This document shows positions 16,324-22,826 of a stretch of 22,826 nt of DNA, piece after piece. Origin of the DNA: Candidatus Eiseniibacteriota bacterium (GTDB lineage Bacteria; Eisenbacteria; RBG-16-71-46). Position 1 is the stretch's first letter. Every line of letters begins with the position of its first letter. Location: NCBI GenBank assembly GCA_031364845.1, contig JANLWX010000098.1, forward strand, positions 1 through 22,826, in the 5' to 3' direction. The notes beneath the pieces were generated by a model that was not told the DNA's origin, made no database searches, and saw nothing but the letters and a program-made list of their open reading frames with translations. A program made the position numbers and the translations under genes.

Positions 16324-17535
16324 ATGAAACGGCTCACCGGTTTCGCTTCGACGGTGGTGCTCGCGACGCTTTCGTTGCAGAGCGCGCCGCTGCTCGCGCA
16401 AGGAACCGCGCGTTCGATGGACATCGATGTTTCGATCCGCTCCGCCGGCATGGGCGGCGCCTCGAACGCCGTGATGTGGGGCCGCGGACTCAATCACTGG
16501 GCGAATCCCGCGCTGCTCAGCGCGGAGCGCGGCATCCGCTGGGAATGGGGCCGCACGCAGCTGGTGCCGGACCTCGCGAGCGACGTGATCTTCGAATCGC
16601 ACGTCTTGAAGGTCGCGGGCGGCGGCGTGGGGCTGGTGTCCTCGGGCTTGCCGTTCGGACCCGGAGTGCGCCTCAGCTACGGCGCGAGCCAGGGCACCGA
16701 CGAGAACGGAAATCCGACCGGAACCTTCGAGAGCTTCGAACAGATCGACTCGTGGGGCTTCGGAGTCTTGGCGTTCGAGGCGGTCGAAACGCTCGCGCAC
16801 TTGCGCGACGACGACGGGCCCGGGCCGCTCAGCCGCTACGTGGATGTCGCGTTCGGCATGAACTTCAAGGACGTCCTGATGAGCATCTTCCCGGCCCCCT
16901 CCGTGACCGCGAGCACGCAGGCACGCGACTGGGGCGTCGTCTCGCGACTCTCGCCGGTCGATGCCCACACCGGGAATGGAACGTCGATCCGCCTCGACGC
17001 CACGTTCGGCTTTTCCGTGCTGAATGCGAACGACGACGCCGTGATCAACTTCGGTTTCGAGTCTGCTCCTGTCTCACAACACCGGCGCGCAGGAATGGGT
17101 CTGCATCTCGCGATCGATCCGCGCTCAGGACGCAGCAGTGATCCCGACGGCGGGTCGTGGCTCGAGGAAGGGATGTCGCCGCTGCTGTCGATCGGCATCG
17201 CGGCCGACCGCTCGAAGATCAGCGCGGGGCCGCCGCAGAACCAATTCGGCCTCGGCCTCTACGAAACCGAGAGCGTCGGCCTCGAGGTGGCGCTCGCGAA
17301 CATCCTGTGGGGCCGTACGGGTCATTACACCGACCGCGAAGGCGACATCGACGATGCGACCTGGGGTTGGGGCATCCAGCTTCCGCTCGGCCGCGTCGCG
17401 GGGATCCGCTACGACGGGGCGCTGTTTCCGCAGGCACAGGGACTCGATCACGTCACTCGCCACGGAGCGTCGGTGTGGATCGATCCGTTCGAGCTGGCGC
17501 GCGTTCTCGAGCGCCGGCGCAGCGCGACCATCTGA
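16324..17535 (+). CDS. Second PorV/PorQ-like (FadL-fold) outer-membrane beta-barrel (403 aa)
   Basis: ATG 16324 follows GGGAGG; signal peptide ending LLA/Q. SIRSAGMGGAS.A......HWANPALL motif, TDENGNPTGTFES loop, and GLEV...LWGRTGHY.D..G.I...TWGWGI. Confidence 0.72.
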   Translation: MKRLTGFASTVVLATLSLQSAPLLAQGTARSMDIDVSIRSAGMGGASNAVMWGRGLNHWANPALLSAERGIRWEWGRTQLVPDLASDVIFESHVLKVAGGGVGLVSSGLPFGPGVRLSYGASQGTDENGNPTGTFESFEQIDSWGFGVLAFEAVETLAHLRDDDGPGPLSRYVDVAFGMNFKDVLMSIFPAPSVTASTQARDWGVVSRLSPVDAHTGNGTSIRLDATFGFSVLNANDDAVINFGFESAPVSQHRRAGMGLHLAIDPRSGRSSDPDGGSWLEEGMSPLLSIGIAADRSKISAGPPQNQFGLGLYETESVGLEVALANILWGRTGHYTDREGDIDDATWGWGIQLPLGRVAGIRYDGALFPQAQGLDHVTRHGASVWIDPFELARVLERRRSATI

Positions 17536-17599
17536 TTCGCGCGCGAACCGTCGGCCCGTCGTGCTCCGCGATTCGCGGGGCGCTGCCCGGAGCGATCAG

Positions 17600-17621
17600 C
17601 CGGCACTGAATGCAGCGCCGG
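17600..17621. terminator. Hairpin between convergent genes (possible terminator)
   Basis: CCGGCACTG [AATG] CAGCGCCGG; no U-tract on either side. Confidence 0.35.
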
Positions 17622-17650
17622 ATCGGCCGTTCACGAACCTCCGCACCGCT

Positions 17651-18760
<1,110 letters not shown>

Positions 18761-18798
18761 TCGGATTCTCCTTCGGGAGAGGACGACGGTGCCGATCG

Positions 18799-18828
18799 AA
18801 CCTAATCCATCGGTGCAAACACATTCAA
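18799..18828 (-). promoter_or_regulatory. Candidate sigma70 promoter for malK
   Basis: Minus strand TTGAAT-N18-TAGGTT, 38 nt upstream of the ATG. Confidence 0.4.
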
Positions 18829-18893
18829 CCGTGGCGGTTGGGTAACCGGCTGCACAGAAATTGGCCGCAGCGCGATCCGGGGCACATCGTCAC

Positions 18894-18922
18894 TTGACTT
18901 TGGGTGCCGGAGCCGGAAAAGT
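18894..18922 (+). promoter_or_regulatory. Weak candidate promoter for the OM barrel gene
   Basis: TTGACT-N17-AAAAGT; the -10 is poor. Confidence 0.3.
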
Positions 18923-19009
18923 GCCCTCCGACGTGCCCTGGCTCTGCCGCCACGCGCACCCCCGAGGGACAGGATGTCTCCGCGGTGCGAATCGTTCAGG
19001 CGGGAACAC

Positions 19010-19022
19010 AAAGGAGGTGATC
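19010..19022 (+). promoter_or_regulatory. Start-codon-less perfect Shine-Dalgarno (STAB-SD-like)
   Basis: AAAGGAGGTGATC is complementary to the usual 16S 3' end GAUCACCUCCUUU. No ATG/GTG/TTG follows at initiation spacing. Confidence 0.5.
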
Positions 19023-19128
19023 GCAGGGCTTCCCCGCTCGCACGACTCCTAATTCTCTGCACTCGACGCGCGACGTTTCCGCAACACCGCTCGCGCGATA
19101 CTGAAGCACCCATTCACGGAGGAATTTC

Positions 19129-19737
19129 ATGAAGCGCAACGTATGGGCAGTTCTGGCCGCCGCGGCGACGCTGGCGACCGCAATCAGCTTCTCGACCGCA
19201 TTTGCCGAGAGCCACATGGACGCCAACGACAACATGGAGCATTCAGCGATGGGCGGTCTGGGCTTCCGCAGCTCCGATGCCCCGATCGGTGTGCGCTGGT
19301 GGTTCAACAAGCAGGTCGCCCTCGACGCGGGCATCGGCTTCACGTCCGAGAAACTGAATTTCACGGACACCAACGGCGATCCCGCGGACGAATCGTTCAG
19401 CACGTTCTCGGTGGACGTGGGTGTGCCGTTCTGTCTCAAGGCGTGGGACAAGGTGCACTTCCTGCTCCGTCCCGGCGTCACCTACACGTCGACCGATGAC
19501 GTCAACCTGTTCTTCGACACCGATGGCGCGTTCAAGGAGAAGCGGAACACGTTCTCGGTGACGGGCGAGTTCGAGCTCGAAGTGTTCCTGGCGAAGAATG
19601 CCAGCCTGTCGGCCAGCCACGGCGTCGGCTTCGCGAGCAGCAAGCTCGACATTGCCGGCGAGGAAGCGGACACGATCTTCGGAACCTTCGGCAGCAACTT
19701 CACCACGCTCGGCTTCCACGTCTATCTGTGGCAGTAG
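19129..19737 (+). CDS. Small (probably 8-stranded) outer-membrane beta-barrel protein
   Basis: GGAGG RBS and signal peptide ending AFA/E. Amphipathic strands (IGVRWWF, VTGEFELEVF, SLSASHGV) and terminal LGFHVYLWQ. Confidence 0.82.
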   Translation: MKRNVWAVLAAAATLATAISFSTAFAESHMDANDNMEHSAMGGLGFRSSDAPIGVRWWFNKQVALDAGIGFTSEKLNFTDTNGDPADESFSTFSVDVGVPFCLKAWDKVHFLLRPGVTYTSTDDVNLFFDTDGAFKEKRNTFSVTGEFELEVFLAKNASLSASHGVGFASSKLDIAGEEADTIFGTFGSNFTTLGFHVYLWQ

Positions 19738-19780
19738 TCGGCGGGCGACCGGGCGCGAATAGCGTTCCGGAGAAACATGA

Positions 19781-19817
19781 TGGCGGGCTCCCGAGGTCTC
19801 GGGAGCCCGTCGTTTTT
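19781..19817 (+). terminator. Rho-independent terminator
   Basis: GGCGGGCTCCCGA [GGTC] TCGGGAGCCCGTC followed by GTTTTT. Confidence 0.85.
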
Positions 19818-19854
19818 GTCGGGGGTTGGAGGCCGGCGGCCCACGGCCGCCGGA

Positions 19855-20709
19855 TTACAACTCCGCGGGGATCGTCTCCGTCCAGCCGAAGTCGTCCTTG
19901 CGCGCGCACGGACGCCCCCACGCCACCTTCGGGTCGTGCTCGAGGAAGATCCAAGCCTCCTCCTCTACCGCCCGCGTGAGCAGCGCGCGCTTCTCGGCCA
20001 TGGTCTCGATCGCGGCAACGTCGTAGCCCATCACGAACGGAATCCGCACGTGAGCGGCGGTCGGAATCAGGTCGGCGACGAAGTAGGCGACCCCGTCGGG
20101 CCCCGAGATGCGCGGCAACTGCTGGCCGCGCGTGTGCCCGTCGGCGAGCAGCACTTCGAACCCCGGCCATGGCGTCTGCGGGCCGTCCCACAGGTCCAGG
20201 ACCCCGGCTTCCTGCAGCGGGACGAAGTTCTCCGGCATGTACGAGGCCCGCTCGCGCGGATTCGGCGCGAGCGCGTTCTCCCAGTTGCGGCGCTGCACGG
20301 CGTAGCGCGCGTTCGGCAGCCGCGGCACGATGCGGTCGCCTTCCTTGCGGGTCGATCCGCCGGCGTGGTCGAAGTGAAGGTGCGTGAGGACGACGTCGGT
20401 GATGTCGGCCACCGTGAGGTCGTGGCGTTCGAGCGACGATTCCAGCCGGCAATCGTCCTGCTCGACGCGATAGATCTCGGTCAGCTTGGGCGACATCTTG
20501 TCGCCGATTCCGTCGTCGATCAGGATCCGGCGCCCGTGCCCCTCCGCCAGCAGACAGCGCATGGCGAGGCAGATTCGGTTCTGCTCGTCGGGCGGGTTCG
20601 TCTCCTGCCACATCGTCCTGGGCACCGAGCCGAACATCGAGCCCCCGTCGAGCCACAGGCAGCCGGTCTCGATCGGTGTGAGCGTCCAGTCACCAAGAGT
20701 GATTCGCAT
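19855..20709 (-). CDS. MBL-fold metallo-hydrolase, YtnP-like
   Basis: Start MRITLGDWTL...LDGGSMFGSVPR..W. Metal motif THLHFDHAGG, RERASY.PEN, GHTRGQQ, ADLIPT, MGYD, FLEHDP. Confidence 0.88.
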   Translation of the reverse strand: MRITLGDWTLTPIETGCLWLDGGSMFGSVPRTMWQETNPPDEQNRICLAMRCLLAEGHGRRILIDDGIGDKMSPKLTEIYRVEQDDCRLESSLERHDLTVADITDVVLTHLHFDHAGGSTRKEGDRIVPRLPNARYAVQRRNWENALAPNPRERASYMPENFVPLQEAGVLDLWDGPQTPWPGFEVLLADGHTRGQQLPRISGPDGVAYFVADLIPTAAHVRIPFVMGYDVAAIETMAEKRALLTRAVEEEAWIFLEHDPKVAWGRPCARKDDFGWTETIPAEL

Positions 20710-20818
20710 GCGCGCGAGGATGGGGATTCGCGCGACCGCGGTCAAATTTGCGGACCCCGCGCTGGGCCGGATGGTATATCGTCGAGACACCGGACCGGGG
20801 AGTTTCTTGGAGGACGCC

Positions 20819-21787
20819 ATGCGACCTCGCTGCATCATGCTGAACACCGTTCTGTTCCTCGCACTCGCCGGCCCGCGCCCCGCGCTTTCGGACTCCCCCG
20901 CTGCAGCCGAGCCGGCCGTGACGCCCGACGCCATCGGCCGCTGGGACCTCGAAGTCGAAGACGCAACCGGCGTCTATCCCTCGTGGCTCGAAATCCAGAT
21001 GAGCGCCGATGGGAGCATCGGAGGTCGCTTCGTCGGGAGATTCGGAGCCGCCCAGCCGGTTCAAGATCTTGAGGCTGTGAACGGAGTCGTGCGTTTCGTC
21101 GTGGCTCCGCTCCATTTCGAGGGCACCGTCGATGCCGAAGGCATGCGGGGAGGAGCCGGCGATGGTTCGGGCGATCAGGTGAGGTGGAGTGCGGTACGCG
21201 CGCCATCGCTCGCCCGCCGCGAACCGCCGCGCTGGGATGCGCCGTCCGCGCTCATTTCACCTGGCGGTCTCCAGGGCTGGCACGCTCGCGGCGACGGCGA
21301 CGCGCGCTGCTGGAGCGCCGACCAGGGTGTGCTGTCCGCCCCCGGTCCCTGCACGGACCTCGTGACCGACCGCACGTTCAGGGACTTCAAGCTCGACCTG
21401 GAGTTCATGCTGCCCCCGGGCAGCGACAGCGGAGTCCACCTGCGCGGGCGCTATGAGATCCAGCTCAAGGACGATGCCGGCAACCTGCCCGAACCGCTGA
21501 CCGGTCTCACGGGTGGCGTGTACGGCTTCCTCAAGCCGCTGCGAGTCCCCTCCGGAAAACCCGACGAGTGGCAGACGCTCCATGCGACGCTCGTGGGCCG
21601 CACGATCACCGTCGTGCTCAATGGCGAGACCGTGATCGATGCTCAGGAGATTCCCGGCATCACCGGCGATGCGCTCGACAGCGACGAAGGCCTGCCGGGA
21701 CCGATCATGCTCCAGGGACACCTGGGAGCGGTCTCGTACCGGAACATCGTCATCACCCCGGCGAAATCGAAGGTGGTTCAGATGTGA
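20819..21787 (+). CDS. Exported DUF1080 (3-keto-disaccharide hydrolase/lyase-like) protein
   Basis: GGAGG RBS and a signal peptide. DLVTDRTFRDFKLDLEF...DSGVHLRGRYEIQL.DD, GGVYG, W...V.LNG, GPIMLQGH..VSYRNI. Confidence 0.88.
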   Translation: MRPRCIMLNTVLFLALAGPRPALSDSPAAAEPAVTPDAIGRWDLEVEDATGVYPSWLEIQMSADGSIGGRFVGRFGAAQPVQDLEAVNGVVRFVVAPLHFEGTVDAEGMRGGAGDGSGDQVRWSAVRAPSLARREPPRWDAPSALISPGGLQGWHARGDGDARCWSADQGVLSAPGPCTDLVTDRTFRDFKLDLEFMLPPGSDSGVHLRGRYEIQLKDDAGNLPEPLTGLTGGVYGFLKPLRVPSGKPDEWQTLHATLVGRTITVVLNGETVIDAQEIPGITGDALDSDEGLPGPIMLQGHLGAVSYRNIVITPAKSKVVQM

Positions 21788-21823
21788 ATCGCGGTCGAAT
21801 CGACAGCGATCTGAACCCTACGC

Positions 21824-21852
21824 TTGACGATGCGCGACTCTGGATTCATGGT
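21824..21852 (+). promoter_or_regulatory. Candidate sigma70 promoter giving a leaderless DMT transcript
   Basis: TTGACG-N17-CATGGT ends 7 nt before ATG 21860; no SD is present. Confidence 0.45.
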
Positions 21853-21859
21853 CCGCCCC

Positions 21860-22826
21860 ATGATGCGCTCGTACATCAACCTGCCCGTCATTTACTGCCT
21901 CGTATCGGCGTTCTTGTTTGGCGCCTCGACCCCGGTAGCCAAGCGTCTTTTGTCCTCGTTTGGTCCCTTCACGCTGGCGGGGTTGCTGTACCTCGGTGCC
22001 GCGATCGCCACATTTCCCATGGCGTTTCACGGTGGATCGGCTGAATTGCGCCGCGACCCCAGACAGCGCCGAATGCTGTTGATGGCTGTCATCTTCGGCG
22101 GTGGCGTTGGGCCGGTGCTGCTTCTGCTGGGCCTGCGGTCGGCATCAGCAGCATCGGTTTCCATCTGGCTCAACCTCGAAACCGTGGCGACCACGTTGCT
22201 CGCTTGGGCGCTCTTTCACGAGCATCTCGATCGCCGGACGGTGCTTGCGGTTTTTGTCGTACTACTCGCGGGTGTCCTGCTCGCCGCTCCCAGCGGCCCT
22301 TCCGGCCTGGTCTCCGGTTGCCTGATCGCGCTCGCCTGCGTGTGCTGGGGGCTCGACAACAATCTCACCGCGCTCGTGAGCGGTTTTACGCCGGCTCAGA
22401 CGACGGTGGTAAAAGGCGTGCTCGCCGGGGCTGTGAACCTGGTCATCGGAGTCTTCGTCGAGGGCTCGCCGGCTGTGGGCACGATGATGTTGGTTGCGAT
22501 CGTGGTCGGGGCGCTCAGTTATGGCGCCTCCATCCTGCTCTACATCCTCGGCGCACAACAACTCGGGGCCAGCCGTTCGCAACTCTTGTTCTCAACCTCT
22601 CCGTTCCTCGGGATGCTGCTCTCCTGGCTTCTCCTTGGAGAACCGATCCTCGCCGTGCAACTGGTGGCGGCTGCCCTGATGCTCGTGGGCGTGATTCTCA
22701 TGCTCAGCGCCCGTCACGCCCACGAGCACACGCACGAGGACATAGCCCACACCCACAGTCATCGCCACGATGACGGCCCAGAAGTGACGTTTCAGGAGTT
22801 GATCAATCGCCATGGGAAGGCACTCG
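21860..22826 (+). CDS. EamA/DMT-family transporter with a His-rich C-terminal tail (3'-truncated; absent from the ORF track)
   Basis: Manual translation: MMRSYINLPVIYCLVSAFLFGASTPVAKRLL...LAGLLYLGA...GGGVGPVLLLLGL...WLNLETVAT...CWGLDNNLT...LGASRSQLLFSTSPFLG...HAHEHTHEDIAHTHSHRHDDG. No stop before the window end. Confidence 0.88.
   Translation, partial: MMRSYINLPVIYCLVSAFLFGASTPVAKRLLSSFGPFTLAGLLYLGAAIATFPMAFHGGSAELRRDPRQRRMLLMAVIFGGGVGPVLLLLGLRSASAASVSIWLNLETVATTLLAWALFHEHLDRRTVLAVFVVLLAGVLLAAPSGPSGLVSGCLIALACVCWGLDNNLTALVSGFTPAQTTVVKGVLAGAVNLVIGVFVEGSPAVGTMMLVAIVVGALSYGASILLYILGAQQLGASRSQLLFSTSPFLGMLLSWLLLGEPILAVQLVAAALMLVGVILMLSARHAHEHTHEDIAHTHSHRHDDGPEVTFQELINRHGKAL

Noticed and set aside
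19010..19022. Fragment of a 16S rRNA gene on the minus strand
   Set aside because: Complementarity stops after 13 nt and the flanks do not resemble rRNA.
19855..20709. Beta-lactamase or RNase J call for the MBL protein
   Set aside because: The LDGG.MFG.VP and RERASY motifs fit the YtnP-like group, and there is no signal peptide or beta-CASP domain.

Overview
High-GC diderm bacterial DNA. FlgD-Ig/T9SS-like C-terminal domains, PorV/PorQ-like barrels and a C-terminal TWGxLKxxYR motif suggest an FCB-associated lineage such as Ca. Eisenbacteria (inference). Positions 1-18760 form an alpha-glucan (starch/glycogen/maltodextrin) utilisation locus with no recognisable SusC/SusD or TonB-dependent receptor. 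A divergent promoter pair drives two units. Leftwards are a secreted DOMON-like + 3x CBM20-like protein and a secreted glucose/sorbosone dehydrogenase. Rightwards is a tightly coupled operon: a DOMON-like CTD cargo, a PorV-like barrel, two apparently paralogous unknown outer-membrane barrels (one fused to a CBM48 glycogen-binding domain), three lipoproteins with CBM48 or SusE-like modules, an exported GH13 neopullulanase-like enzyme, and a second PorV-like barrel whose RBS is buried in a hairpin. A convergent orphan MalK/MsmK ATPase follows. Downstream are a small OM barrel with a perfect start-less SD in its leader, a YtnP-like MBL hydrolase, a DUF1080 protein and a His-tailed EamA/DMT transporter that runs off the window. 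No RNA genes, CRISPR or intact mobile element were seen. All family calls come from motif recognition, not database searches.
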